Shown one piece after another: positions 21,270 through 31,014 of a stretch of DNA of 64,000 bases (positions within the stretch are counted from its first letter, which is position 1; every line of letters begins with the position of its first letter). Made by a program: the position numbers and the translations under genes. The notes under the pieces were generated by a model. It searched no databases. It was not told where the DNA came from and saw only the letters and a list, made by a program, of their open reading frames with translations. Source of the stretch: Mariprofundaceae bacterium (GTDB lineage: Bacteria; Pseudomonadota; Zetaproteobacteria; Mariprofundales; Mariprofundaceae). The stretch is from NCBI GenBank assembly GCA_030950585.1, contig JAUZRG010000051.1, positions 607-64,606 of the forward strand. The letters are read 5' to 3'.

Positions 21270-22004
21270 TTACCCACATGACAAAATGATTGCTTGTACA
21301 GCAGCCATTAGAGCAGGTCCTGCGGTCTCTGTGCGCATAATACGTGCACCAAAAGCCAAGCGTTCACAGCTAAGATCTTCCAGTATCGCAATGTCACTTA
21401 AACTCCAACCACCTTCAGGGCCAATACATAAGGTCACCGTTTCACCTGCAACAACACATGCTTGAAACTGTGCCCACTGCTCAACACCTGCCTCTGGGTG
21501 CAAAATAAACCCTTTCCCCTGTATATCTACTTGATTAAGACGAGAACGCCAACACACCTCAGGCACCAACACACGTTGGCTTTGCTCCGAAGCTTCCACA
21601 ACAATTTTTTGCCAACGATCCATGCGCTGTTCAAGTTTATTGGTATTTAATTTTAATGCACTTCTTTCACTATTGGATACTTGAATACTTGCAACGCCAA
21701 GTTCAGTGGTCTTTTGCAACATTGTTTCAATGCGATCACTGCGGTTAGAACATTGAATCAAATGTACCCCAACACTCAACTCAGTCTCTACTTCCAAACA
21801 ACTTTTCACCGTACAACCAGCTTCGGCTTTATGCAGACGATGCAGTTCCGCTTCATACTCAGCACCATCACCATTAAAAAGGGTGATACAATCACCTACA
21901 GACAGACGCATCACTGTGCGTAAATAATGTGCTTGCTCACTATCTAAAATAACTTGTTGATTTTTTTTAAGATCTTGTAAAACGAAAAGACGATGACGTG
22001 ACAT
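21270..22004 (-). CDS. rsmE: 16S rRNA (uracil1498-N3)-methyltransferase
   Basis: 244 aa. The RsmE pattern is present: HYLRTVMRL, a PUA-like N-terminus and a C-terminal GPEGGWS SPOUT motif. Confidence 0.85.
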   Translation of the reverse strand: MSRHRLFVLQDLKKNQQVILDSEQAHYLRTVMRLSVGDCITLFNGDGAEYEAELHRLHKAEAGCTVKSCLEVETELSVGVHLIQCSNRSDRIETMLQKTTELGVASIQVSNSERSALKLNTNKLEQRMDRWQKIVVEASEQSQRVLVPEVCWRSRLNQVDIQGKGFILHPEAGVEQWAQFQACVVAGETVTLCIGPEGGWSLSDIAILEDLSCERLAFGARIMRTETAGPALMAAVQAIILSCG

Positions 22005-22035
22005 ATTGAAAATGTATTTTTTTTACTTCAAAACA

Positions 22036-22309
22036 TCAATATTTTATTTTAAAATCCTGACATTCATCGGCTAAACACTGTTCTTCCTGAACAGACGTGA
22101 CTTCTGCTAAGGCAGGCCCTTGTGAAGCCAAGTGTGCATCCTTTTCATTGATAGCACATCACCCACCAAAAAAACTTGTACACAACCATCATCACAGTTA
22201 CGTATCCAACCATATTGAGGCCTAGTTCAATCGCCTTTTGCTTTGTTTCATAACGAAAGCAAACACCTTGAACCACACCAGAGATACGAAACTGACGATA
22301 AGTAAGCAC
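22036..22309 (-). pseudogene. acyP: Acylphosphatase gene disrupted by two 1-nt frameshifts
   Basis: Three reading frames together give a complete acylphosphatase. Frame A is (GTG)LTYRQFRISGVVQGVCFRYETKQKAIELGLN. Frame B is YGWIRNCDDGCVQVFLVGDVLSMKRMHTWLHKG. Frame C is PALAEVTSVQEEQCLADECQDFKIKY*. The shifts are near 22215..22225 and near 22110 (GGGCC where GGGCCC is needed). The ORF track shows only 22145..22399, which has a nonsense tail. Confidence 0.6.
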
Positions 22310-22310
22310 G

Positions 22311-22634
22311 CTAAAGCTTATCTTGTGAGTGGCATACTTCGCTAAAATCATATGCAGGTATTTCATAAGGGTGCGCACGGTGTAAAGCACGCCGAACATC
22401 CAGGATTCGCTCTTCTCTTACCAAGATTTCAATGCGGTACTCATCCACCATTTCCAGTTTTCCCACATGCCCAATGGCTGGATTACTGCCTTTTTCTGGC
22501 TTAAATTGCCCAACACCTAAGACTTGCCAGCAACACTGCGTATAACCATCATACTCACCAGCTCCCGTTGCAAACAAAGCATACTTCACAATTTCCAAAT
22601 GAGACTTAGGCACATAAACACAAAATTTGTACAT
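22311..22634 (-). CDS. Stand-alone YqfO/NIF3 insert-domain-like protein (PII-like fold)
   Basis: 107 aa. YKFCVYVPKSHLEIVKYALFATGAGEYDGYTQCCW...GQFKP..GSNPAIGHVGKLEMVDEYRIEILV...HPYEIPAYD follows the pattern of the domain inserted in YqfO/YbgI (NIF3) proteins. Confidence 0.6.
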   Translation of the reverse strand: MYKFCVYVPKSHLEIVKYALFATGAGEYDGYTQCCWQVLGVGQFKPEKGSNPAIGHVGKLEMVDEYRIEILVREERILDVRRALHRAHPYEIPAYDFSEVCHSQDKL

Positions 22635-22637
22635 AAA

Positions 22638-23567
22638 TCACACCTTTAATTCTTTAGTTTGTTGCAAACCACGCATAAAATCTTGCACAGCCATCACACG
22701 CTTACCTTCAGGCTGAACCTGCGTAACACGATAAGTAGAATCCAAACACCCCACATCAAAGGTGTTTTTTTCGAGTAAAACATCACCGCAATTTAGATTA
22801 CTGTTTTGCGCAATAACCTCACCTGAGATGATTTTCAACCACTTACCTTGCAACATGGTTCTTGCACCCGGCTTGGGCGTAAAGGTTCGCACTTGACGAC
22901 CCACCAAGGTGGCACTTTTTTGCCAATCAATAATCCGCTCATCATTTGTGATTTTATGAGCATAAGAAGTGCCCTCATCTGGTTGTGGCTCGGCAATAAG
23001 CGTCGCATCAACAATGTCTTTCAAGCTCTCCACTAAAAGCTCAGCTCCTTGGTTCATCAGCGTGTCACGTAAAGATACTGTCGTCGTATCTGTTTCAATG
23101 GGAACCACACAACGACTATATACTGCACCCGTATCCAAGCCTTGATCCATCGCCATCACACAAACACCCGTTTCGGCATCTCCTGCCAACAAAGCCCTTT
23201 CAATAGGAGCTGCGCCACGCCAACGAGGCAGCAATGATGCATGTAAATTGACCGCGCCAAATGTCGCCGCAGTCAACCAACTTTCAGGTAAGATCAGACC
23301 GTAAGCGACCACAATCAAGACATCCGCTTTCTTTTGTTGCAGCCAAAGCAAACTTTCTTCATCTTGCTTTAAAGATAATGGGGTGATGACATCAATCTGA
23401 TGCTTTAAGGCATATGACTTCACTGCCGATGCCTGCATTTTCATCCCACGCCTTGCCTTTGTGTCGGCGCGAGATACCACACCGACAAGCTCAATACCTT
23501 CCGATTGATGTAGTGCTTCCAAACAAGGAAGAACCATTGCGGGTGTTCCAGCGAAGATAACTTTCAA
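22638..23567 (-). CDS. fmt: Methionyl-tRNA formyltransferase
   Basis: 309 aa with MKVIFAGTP and NLHASLLPRWRGAAPI motifs. It overlaps def by 4 nt. Confidence 0.93.
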   Translation of the reverse strand: MKVIFAGTPAMVLPCLEALHQSEGIELVGVVSRADTKARRGMKMQASAVKSYALKHQIDVITPLSLKQDEESLLWLQQKKADVLIVVAYGLILPESWLTAATFGAVNLHASLLPRWRGAAPIERALLAGDAETGVCVMAMDQGLDTGAVYSRCVVPIETDTTTVSLRDTLMNQGAELLVESLKDIVDATLIAEPQPDEGTSYAHKITNDERIIDWQKSATLVGRQVRTFTPKPGARTMLQGKWLKIISGEVIAQNSNLNCGDVLLEKNTFDVGCLDSTYRVTQVQPEGKRVMAVQDFMRGLQQTKELKV

Positions 23568-24085
23568 GATTCATCCTCCTGCATTTTCTTAATCCGCCTC
23601 ACCACCATTTTTCGCTTTAAAACAGACAAATGATCAATAAAAATTTTACCATCAAGGTGGTCAAACTCATGCTGTAAAGCGACAGCCTGAAAGCCTTCAA
23701 AGTGACTTTCATGGGATTGCCCTTCTAGGTCCACCCAACGCACTTTAATGGATGTTGCACGCTGCACATTTTCATAAACCTTAGGTAATGAAAGACAACC
23801 TTCCTCACCCTTTTCAGAGCCAGAACGGGCGATGATTTCTGGATTAATCCAAACATGCAGCTCACGCTCAGAGTCTTCTTCTTTGCGCCACGCAATATCT
23901 GTTACAGCCACACGTTTAGCCACACCAATTTGAGTGGCCGCCAAGCCAACACCAGGTGCGGCATACATGGTCTGAGCTAAATCCTCGATAAGCGCATGAA
24001 TGTCACTGGAAATAGGCAAGCTTACTTCACTTGCAACTTCACGTAGTTTTTTATTGGGAAATGTTAAAATGTCACGAATAGTCAT
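23564..24085 (-). CDS. def: Peptide deformylase
   Basis: 173 aa with the GVGLAATQ, EGCLS and HEFDH metal-site motifs. Confidence 0.95.
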   Translation of the reverse strand: MTIRDILTFPNKKLREVASEVSLPISSDIHALIEDLAQTMYAAPGVGLAATQIGVAKRVAVTDIAWRKEEDSERELHVWINPEIIARSGSEKGEEGCLSLPKVYENVQRATSIKVRWVDLEGQSHESHFEGFQAVALQHEFDHLDGKIFIDHLSVLKRKMVVRRIKKMQEDES

Positions 24086-24127
24086 AAGGCAAGTAGCGTA
24101 GCCAACATCATAAAGATGTCCAGCTGA

Positions 24128-25135
24128 CTACACCAAAGGACAGCGTGACTGTGCATCCCAAAGCCTATCTTTCTTTACCAAACCATGCTCAATATGTTGC
24201 CATGCAGCATAAGCAATCATCGCTGCATTGTCTGTGCAGTGTTGCCCCGCAGCAAAACAAACAGACACATCATGCTCACTTGCTTGGGCTATCATGCGTT
24301 CACGCAGGTAAAGATTCGCAGCCACACCACCCGCCACCCATAAATGAGAGACTTGCTCTTCTACACAAGCACGAAGACTTTTTTTCACTAGCACATCAAC
24401 AATAGCTGCCTGTAAACTAGCCGCTAAATCATTTTTCCATTGTTGATCTTGTTGTTGAATATCCGTACCACGAACTTTATACATCAATGCTGTTTTTAGG
24501 CCTGAAAAACTGAAGTGTAGGTTTTTTTTATGAAGCATCGGACGAGGTAAATCAAAGCGTTTGGGATCACCCTGCTCTGCCATTTTTGCAATCACAGGCC
24601 CGCCTGGATAAGGCAAACCCAACAAACGCGCGCACTTATCAAAGCACTCTCCTGCCGCATCATCCAAGCTTTGCCCCAACAAACGATACTGACCCACAGC
24701 ATCCACAGCCACCAATAAGGTATGCCCACCCGACACCAATAAAGTCACACAAGGTAACTGCAACGGCTGCATGATCCCTGGTGACAACAAGTGACCTTCA
24801 AGATGATTAATAGGAATAACAGGACAGCCATATACCACCCCCATCGCCTTGGCATAGCTAACACCCACCAATAAAGCACCCATCAAACCAGGGCCATGTG
24901 TTACGGCAATGGCATCAGGAAAAGAACTTAAGCCAGCTTCCTTTAATGTTTGATCTACCAATGCTGGTAAAAATTTTAAATGCTCACGAGAAGCCACTTC
25001 AGGCACAATGCCACCAAAACGATTATGTGTTTCTATTTGTGAATAAATCTTTTCACCCAAAACACAGCCAGATACGCTATCGTAAATAGCCGTGGCACTT
25101 TCATCACAAGATGTTTCAATCCCTAAAATATACAT
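24128..25135 (-). CDS. tsaD: tRNA N6-adenosine threonylcarbamoyltransferase
   Basis: 335 aa with ILGIETSCDES and the LEGH/VSGGHT signature. Confidence 0.93.
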   Translation of the reverse strand: MYILGIETSCDESATAIYDSVSGCVLGEKIYSQIETHNRFGGIVPEVASREHLKFLPALVDQTLKEAGLSSFPDAIAVTHGPGLMGALLVGVSYAKAMGVVYGCPVIPINHLEGHLLSPGIMQPLQLPCVTLLVSGGHTLLVAVDAVGQYRLLGQSLDDAAGECFDKCARLLGLPYPGGPVIAKMAEQGDPKRFDLPRPMLHKKNLHFSFSGLKTALMYKVRGTDIQQQDQQWKNDLAASLQAAIVDVLVKKSLRACVEEQVSHLWVAGGVAANLYLRERMIAQASEHDVSVCFAAGQHCTDNAAMIAYAAWQHIEHGLVKKDRLWDAQSRCPLV

Positions 25136-25348
25136 AACAACCTTTGAATGACCTTCTCTTAGAAGGTCTTTTTATAAAGAAATATAATGCTTAAGCATGC
25201 TCATGAATATAAGTGCAAAGATGCAAACAAAAATGAATCCAGAAGAAGAGTCAAGCATCATTCTTTCTTTTTACAAAAGAAGCTTAAAAAAACTTCATTT
25301 TACTCTATACGCAAAGAAAGCAATACTACGCCAAACTGGAGGGTGCGC

Positions 25349-26083
25349 ATGCCATCAATTATATTTCTTTTGTTAATTTTTTTCACCTTTTCGACAGAGG
25401 CTGTATCCGAAGAACTCACAACAGATAACTATGTTCAACCCATGCAAGAAACAGAGACTTACACCCAAACAATAGATGACGCTTATACTCAAACAGCAGA
25501 TGATGACACTCAGATGACAGATGATCCATACGCGCAAGGCACAGATAGCTACATCCAAGCAGGTGCCGCTGAAGATCAGTATGCACAAAACAACGCAGCC
25601 GTTGAAGAAGATCACGAGGAAGATGTCGCCACACAGCATCTTACCACAGCACCTAAAGTCGATTTAAAAACTCTCAGAGACCCGTTTATTTCTTATTTTG
25701 ATAAAGCGCGTCAAGAACAATTAGAAAAAATACGGACGAGAGAACGCATGGCTAAAGCAGCATCGACAGAGCTTGACCCCGAAGTCAGTAATCACATCAA
25801 TGCACAGCTTATTCGTCCTCATGATCCACTCGAAGAATTTGACCTTAGCACGCTCAAGCTCGTCGCCATTATGGAAGTCGGGCGAGAACGCATTGCCATG
25901 ATTGAGAATTCAAAAAAAATAGGGTTCACGGTTCGTGTCGGTGAATACATGGGAACACATAATGGCCGTATCACGCATATTACAGATGATAGCATCATCA
26001 TATTAGAGACAGTATTAAGTCCTGCTGAAGAGCTTGTTGTGGAAGAAACAACCTTGGTTCTTCACTCTGATGCGAATGAATAA
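25349..26083 (+). CDS. Secreted PilP-like protein with an acidic Tyr/Gln-repeat linker
   Basis: The ATG at 25349 follows GGAGGG. The protein has a signal peptide (MPSIIFLLLIFFTFSTEAVS) and six x-Y-x-Q repeats in a D/E/T/Q-rich region. It also has RDPF and a C-terminal beta domain (LKLVAIMEVGRERIAMIENSKKIGFTVRVGEYMGTHNGRITHITDDSIIILE) that resembles pilus assembly protein PilP. Confidence 0.55.
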   Translation: MPSIIFLLLIFFTFSTEAVSEELTTDNYVQPMQETETYTQTIDDAYTQTADDDTQMTDDPYAQGTDSYIQAGAAEDQYAQNNAAVEEDHEEDVATQHLTTAPKVDLKTLRDPFISYFDKARQEQLEKIRTRERMAKAASTELDPEVSNHINAQLIRPHDPLEEFDLSTLKLVAIMEVGRERIAMIENSKKIGFTVRVGEYMGTHNGRITHITDDSIIILETVLSPAEELVVEETTLVLHSDANE

Positions 26084-26705
26084 ACATATCCAAACGATTT
26101 TTCACACTTTTCAACAACAAAACCCTGAACCAAAAACAGAGTTAATCTATCATAATGTATTTGAACTTTTGATTTCAGTTATTCTATCAGCACAAGCCAC
26201 TGATATTAGTGTGAATAAAGCGACGAAAGCCTTATATAAAATTGCATCAACACCAAAGCAAATGCTGTCGTTAGGAGAAGAACCGCTTAAAAAGCACATT
26301 TCTTCTATTGGCCTTTACCATAGTAAAGCCAAATACATCATCCAAACCAGCCAACGTTTAATTGAACACTTTTCAAGTCAGGTACCCAGTAATAGCACGG
26401 ACTTACAAAGCTTGGCTGGTGTGGGTCAAAAAACGGCTAACGTGGTCTTGAATGTTTTTTTTAATCAACCGACCATGGCTGTAGATACCCATGTTTTTCG
26501 TGTTTCCAACCGAATGAACTTAGCACAAGGCACAACACCGCAGGCCGTCGAAAAAGGTTTGTTAAAAAACATTCCCGACACTTACCTGCTGCATGCACAT
26601 CACTGGCTTATTCTGCATGGTCGCTATGTGTGTAAAGCGCGCGATCCTCAATGCTTAAACTGCCCTGTTTCACAATATTGTGATTGGAAAAAAATTAGTC
26701 AGTGA
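26076..26705 (+). CDS. nth: Endonuclease III
   Basis: MNKHIQTIF...ELLISVILSAQATD, a HhH-GPD segment (LAGVGQKTANVV) and a C-terminal C-X6-C-X2-C-X5-C Fe-S cluster loop (CKARDPQCLNCPVSQYC). The start was chosen by N-terminal similarity to E. coli Nth; it overlaps the preceding gene by 8 nt. Confidence 0.9.
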   Translation: MNKHIQTIFHTFQQQNPEPKTELIYHNVFELLISVILSAQATDISVNKATKALYKIASTPKQMLSLGEEPLKKHISSIGLYHSKAKYIIQTSQRLIEHFSSQVPSNSTDLQSLAGVGQKTANVVLNVFFNQPTMAVDTHVFRVSNRMNLAQGTTPQAVEKGLLKNIPDTYLLHAHHWLILHGRYVCKARDPQCLNCPVSQYCDWKKISQ

Positions 26706-27181
26706 CCACAACCTTCTTCACCATGCACATGGCCATGTGTCACTTCTTCTTCAGTTGCATCACGAATCGCGATAACTTCCACATCAAAATGGAGTGTTTT
26801 ACCTGCCAAAGGGTGATTCGCATCAATACTAATATGCGTCTCATCCACTGCGATCACTTCAACAAGGTCAACGCCATCTTGAGTTTCTGCTTCAAAACGC
26901 ATTCCAACTTCAATCTCACCATCAAATTCAAACTTATTACGTTCGATCTTTTCAAGTAGTTCTTCAGAGCGTTCGCCATAACCATCTTTAGGAGGAAGGG
27001 TAACCACAACACGGTCGCCAGCGGTTTTTTCTTCGAGCACTTCTTCTAAGCCTGGCACTAAGATTCCCAAGCCATGAATATAGTCTAAAGGTTCACCATC
27101 ACGTGATGAATCAATCACAGCATCATCAGAGCCCGTTAAGGTATAATGAATAGTGACGGCTTTGTGTTTTGATATTTGCAT
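26699..27181 (-). CDS. slyD: FKBP-type peptidyl-prolyl isomerase SlyD-like
   Basis: 160 aa with an FKBP core interrupted by an IF (insert-in-flap) domain, an HPLAGKTLHF motif and a short His/Cys-rich tail (THGHVHGEEGCGH). Confidence 0.85.
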   Translation of the reverse strand: MQISKHKAVTIHYTLTGSDDAVIDSSRDGEPLDYIHGLGILVPGLEEVLEEKTAGDRVVVTLPPKDGYGERSEELLEKIERNKFEFDGEIEVGMRFEAETQDGVDLVEVIAVDETHISIDANHPLAGKTLHFDVEVIAIRDATEEEVTHGHVHGEEGCGH

Positions 27182-27291
27182 TGATAACCTCTGTGTAAAA
27201 AAGGCGAACTATTCCTATGAATTTCATAGAATACAATCAACAAAGTACACAGATGATACCCACAAAAGACTTAGGCTGATTTACCTACCTA

Positions 27292-28176
27292 ATGAATCCT
27301 GCCACTATTCTGCCCACTATGACTGCAACTATTCTTGATGGTAAAACCCTCTCCCAACGTCTACGTCAACACATGTGTGATGACGTAGACCACATATCAC
27401 CACAATACGGTCGCCTTCCCGGTTTAGCCGTTATTTTAGTCGGCGATGACCCTGCATCCGAAATTTATGTCAACAGCAAGAAGAAAGCCTGTGAAGCCGT
27501 AGGCATTCATTCTTTTTCGCATGAACACGATGACCAGATTAGCCAACAAGATTTATTAGCGTTAATCGAATCATTAAACCAAGATGACCGTGTCGATGGT
27601 ATTTTAGTTCAATTACCATTACCAAAGCACATTGATTCTGAAACCATTTTAGAAAGCATCCTTCCTCATAAAGATGTCGATGGCTTTCATCCTTACAACA
27701 TCGGACGACTAGCGGTTCGCCTACCTGGCTTACGCTCATGCACCCCTTATGGTTGTATGAAATTGTTAGAAGAAACTGGTGTGGACTTACATGGCAAGCA
27801 TGCAGTGATTGTCGGTGCTTCTAATATTGTGGGTAGACCCATGAGTCTTGAGTTATTACTTGCAGGTGCCACAACGACCGTGTGCCACCGCTTTACCAAA
27901 AACCTTGAAGCTCACATTCGACAAGCTGATATTGTTGTCGCTGCTGCGGGTAAACAAGGCCTGATTGATGGCGAATGGATCAAAGAAGGTGCCATTGTAT
28001 TGGACGTGGGTATTCATCGCCAAAGCAATGGCAAGCTATGTGGTGATGTGGACTTTGAAAAAGCATCGCAACGTGCAGGATGGATTTCACCCGTCCCTGG
28101 CGGCGTTGGCCCCATGACCATTACCATGTTATTACACAATACCATTACCGCTTATAAACAGCATCTTGGAGATTAG
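27292..28176 (+). CDS. folD: Bifunctional methylenetetrahydrofolate dehydrogenase/cyclohydrolase
   Basis: ILDGKTLSQ..., [10 protein letters not shown], a VQLPLP motif and [10 protein letters not shown]. The start may be the Met at 27319 (MTATILDGK). Confidence 0.92.
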   Translation: MNPATILPTMTATILDGKTLSQRLRQHMCDDVDHISPQYGRLPGLAVILVGDDPASEIYVNSKKKACEAVGIHSFSHEHDDQISQQDLLALIESLNQDDRVDGILVQLPLPKHIDSETILESILPHKDVDGFHPYNIGRLAVRLPGLRSCTPYGCMKLLEETGVDLHGKHAVIVGASNIVGRPMSLELLLAGATTTVCHRFTKNLEAHIRQADIVVAAAGKQGLIDGEWIKEGAIVLDVGIHRQSNGKLCGDVDFEKASQRAGWISPVPGGVGPMTITMLLHNTITAYKQHLGD

Positions 28177-29269
28177 TTTGGAACTCAAAAACACCGCACT
28201 ACACGCACAACATCTTGAATTAGGTGGCAAGATGGTTCCCTTCGCAGGTTTTTCAATGCCTGTTCAATACACATTAGGTGCATTAAAAGAATATCACTGT
28301 GTTCGTGCTGAAGATAGCTGTGGTATCTTTGACATTAGTCATATGGGACAAGTTCGCGTGACTGGCCCTGATGCTTTGGCTTTTTTACAGTTTTTCAGCA
28401 CCAATGACGTGAGCCAACTCAAGGATGGCCAAGTGCAATATGCCGCTCTTTTGGACGAGAATGCGGGTTTTATTGATGATATCACCGTATATCGTATCAA
28501 CGCGACGCACTATTATTTATGCATTAATGCAGCCAATACCGACAAAGATGTCGCTCACCTACAAGAACATGCTCAAGCATTTAATGTCACAGTCATAGAT
28601 GAATCACCACAAACAGCACTACTCGCCCTGCAAGGCGCAACAGCACAAGCATTATTACAAGCGATTTGCCAAGAAAACCTTGCCGATATCGCTTATTATC
28701 GCTTTGCTGAAGTCAGTCTACTCGGCCAAAAAGCCTTGATTTCACGGACAGGCTATACAGGTGAGGATGGTTTTGAACTCTACCTTCCAAACCAAGATGC
28801 GGCTGCCGTTTGGTCAAACTTAGTCACCGCTGGAGCAATTCCGATTGGTTTAGCTGCACGCGATATGCTGCGCACCGAAATGGGTTATGCCCTTTATGGT
28901 CATGAAATTCATGCCGATATTACCCCTGTGGAAGCAGGTCTGATGTGGATTTGTAAACTGGATAAAGGAAACTTCATGGGTCGTGATGCTTTAATCACAC
29001 GCAAAGAAAACGGTAAACAATGGCAAAAAGTTGCCCTCAAACTTGAAGGACGTGGTATTCCTCGTGAACACTACGCCGTCTTTGCCAATGATGAACAAGT
29101 CGGTGAAGTTACATCTGGTTTATTCTCCCCCCTAGCAGGTGGTGGTGTCGCTTTAGCTTATGTGAAACCAGAACAAGCCGATGCAGTCTTGAACATTGAT
29201 ATCCGTGGCCGAAAAATACCAACCACACGCACAAAAACACCCTTCGTACGTAGCTGTGTCAAAAAATAA
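28166..29269 (+). CDS. gcvT: Glycine cleavage system aminomethyltransferase (T protein)
   Basis: 367 aa. [26 protein letters not shown] aligns with GcvT N-termini. It needs a non-ATG start: TTG at 28166 (11-nt overlap with folD) or TTG at 28178. Confidence 0.9.
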   Translation: MEISLELKNTALHAQHLELGGKMVPFAGFSMPVQYTLGALKEYHCVRAEDSCGIFDISHMGQVRVTGPDALAFLQFFSTNDVSQLKDGQVQYAALLDENAGFIDDITVYRINATHYYLCINAANTDKDVAHLQEHAQAFNVTVIDESPQTALLALQGATAQALLQAICQENLADIAYYRFAEVSLLGQKALISRTGYTGEDGFELYLPNQDAAAVWSNLVTAGAIPIGLAARDMLRTEMGYALYGHEIHADITPVEAGLMWICKLDKGNFMGRDALITRKENGKQWQKVALKLEGRGIPREHYAVFANDEQVGEVTSGLFSPLAGGGVALAYVKPEQADAVLNIDIRGRKIPTTRTKTPFVRSCVKK

Positions 29270-29305
29270 TTTTTATTTACAACCTTTTAATTTAGAGAGA
29301 TACTT

Positions 29306-29686
29306 ATGAGCATTCCAACCGATTTAAAATACACCAAAGACCACGAGTGGGTACGCCTTGAAGGCGAAACGGCAATATTTGGTATTAGCCAACATGCCCA
29401 AGAAGCCTTAGGTGACATCGTTTTTGTCGAGCTTCCTGAGCTAGAAACCAAGCTCGATGCAGGTGAAGCCATTGCCGTTGTTGAGTCCGTCAAAGCGGTT
29501 TCTGATGTATACGTACCTGTCACAGGTGAAGTGATTAAAATCAATGAATTATTAGAAGAAACACCTGAGCTTGTGAACAATGATTCTTATGGACAAGGCT
29601 GGATTGCTAAGCTGAAAGTCAGTGCCGATATGGATACCTCTAGCTTGATGGATGCGACTGCATACCAAGCTTTTCTTGATCAATAA
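29306..29686 (+). CDS. gcvH: Glycine cleavage system H protein
   Basis: 126 aa with the lipoyl-lysine motif ESVKAVSDVY. Confidence 0.95.
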   Translation: MSIPTDLKYTKDHEWVRLEGETAIFGISQHAQEALGDIVFVELPELETKLDAGEAIAVVESVKAVSDVYVPVTGEVIKINELLEETPELVNNDSYGQGWIAKLKVSADMDTSSLMDATAYQAFLDQ

Positions 29687-29688
29687 AG

Positions 29689-31014
29689 ATGCGTTTTCTT
29701 CCTCATACTGATGCTGACCGTTCGGACATGCTGGCTCAAATGGGCATGCAATCCATGCAAGAGCTGTTTGCCGATATTCCTGAAAACTTTCATATTGAAC
29801 AAGGCTCGCTTTCCTTAGCCAAGGCTAAAAGTGAAGTTGATATTCTTCGTACCTTCAAAGCAGCTGCCAACAAAAACAGTGATGCACAACAGAACCGTTG
29901 TTTTTTAGGTGCGGGAACCTATCACCATGCCATTCCAGCAGCGGTGGATTACATTATTTCTCGTGGTGAGTTTTTAACAGCTTACACCCCTTATCAACCT
30001 GAAATATCCCAAGGAACCCTGCAAGCTCTTTTTGAATTTCAAACCATTATTGCGCGTTTACTGGGCATGGAAGTTGCCAATGCCTCCTTGTATGACGCAG
30101 CCACAGCTGTAGCTGAAGCCGCTTTAATGGCGAGACGCATCACAAGACGCAAAGATGTGATTTTAGCGGGCAACATCAACCCTCGTTACAGCAAGGTTTG
30201 TGATAATTACCTGTCTTATTTAGATGGGGACTGTCATCACGTTTCTGATTTTGAGCAACTCACAAGTCAACTCGACAAGAAGATTTCCTGTGTAATCATT
30301 CAAAATCCTGACTTTTATGGCCGTGTGCAAGATTTGCACACCTTACGTGAACAATGTTCACAGCATGGCATTTTGCTGGTTGTATGCTTTGGTGACATTA
30401 GTGCCTATGGTTTAATCGCCCCACCGGGTGAATATGGTGCTGATATTGCCGTGGGTTCAGGTCAAAGCCTTGGTATTCCGATGGGTTATGGTGGCCCTCA
30501 CCTTGGTTTGCTCAGCTGCAAGAAAAAATACCTGCGCCAAATCCCTGGTCGCTTATGTGGTATGACGCAAGACAACCAAGGTCGTCGCGCTTTTACCCTC
30601 ACTTTATCCACCCGTGAACAACATATCCGCAGAGAGAAAGCCACCTCTAACATCTGCACCAATCAAGGCTTAATGTGTACGGCTGCCGCCAGCTATATGA
30701 GCCTGATGGGAGATGCTGGCTTAGAACAAGTGGCCAAACGAAGTGCAGCCGCTCTTCAACGTCTCACCCAAGGTTTACCCCCGCACATTCTGGCTGATGA
30801 GGGTGTTCATTATAATGAAACAGTGTTGCACTTTCCTTCACAGCAAGAACGAGACGACTTCTTAGCACGCGCACAACAAGTAAACATCTTTGCGGGCATT
30901 CCACTCGAACGCATAAAAAGCACTGCTTCTAAAGCTGCCTTGCTTGTTGCCACCACTGAAATGATCGAAGCAAACGATATTGATGATTATCTACAGCTAC
31001 TGGGAGGCCAATAA
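29689..31014 (+). CDS. gcvPA: Glycine dehydrogenase (decarboxylating) subunit 1
   Basis: 441 aa. The N-terminal-half P-protein pattern is present (YTPYQPEISQGTLQALFEFQT). Confidence 0.92.
   Translation: MRFLPHTDADRSDMLAQMGMQSMQELFADIPENFHIEQGSLSLAKAKSEVDILRTFKAAANKNSDAQQNRCFLGAGTYHHAIPAAVDYIISRGEFLTAYTPYQPEISQGTLQALFEFQTIIARLLGMEVANASLYDAATAVAEAALMARRITRRKDVILAGNINPRYSKVCDNYLSYLDGDCHHVSDFEQLTSQLDKKISCVIIQNPDFYGRVQDLHTLREQCSQHGILLVVCFGDISAYGLIAPPGEYGADIAVGSGQSLGIPMGYGGPHLGLLSCKKKYLRQIPGRLCGMTQDNQGRRAFTLTLSTREQHIRREKATSNICTNQGLMCTAAASYMSLMGDAGLEQVAKRSAAALQRLTQGLPPHILADEGVHYNETVLHFPSQQERDDFLARAQQVNIFAGIPLERIKSTASKAALLVATTEMIEANDIDDYLQLLGGQ

Noticed and set aside
22036-22309. Programmed ribosomal frameshifting as an explanation for the split acylphosphatase
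   Set aside because: It would need two shifts within 270 nt. I see no slippery heptamer or downstream structure at either site, and acylphosphatases are not known to be recoded, so decay or sequencing error is simpler.
28100-28230. A glycine riboswitch expected upstream of gcvT
   Set aside because: There is no intergenic space. The gcvT start overlaps or abuts the folD stop, so a roughly 100-200 nt riboswitch cannot fit here.
29287-29580. A 97-aa minus-strand ORF, antisense to gcvH
   Set aside because: It lies entirely inside the well-supported gcvH gene, is Ser/Thr-rich and low in complexity, and has no translation signals.
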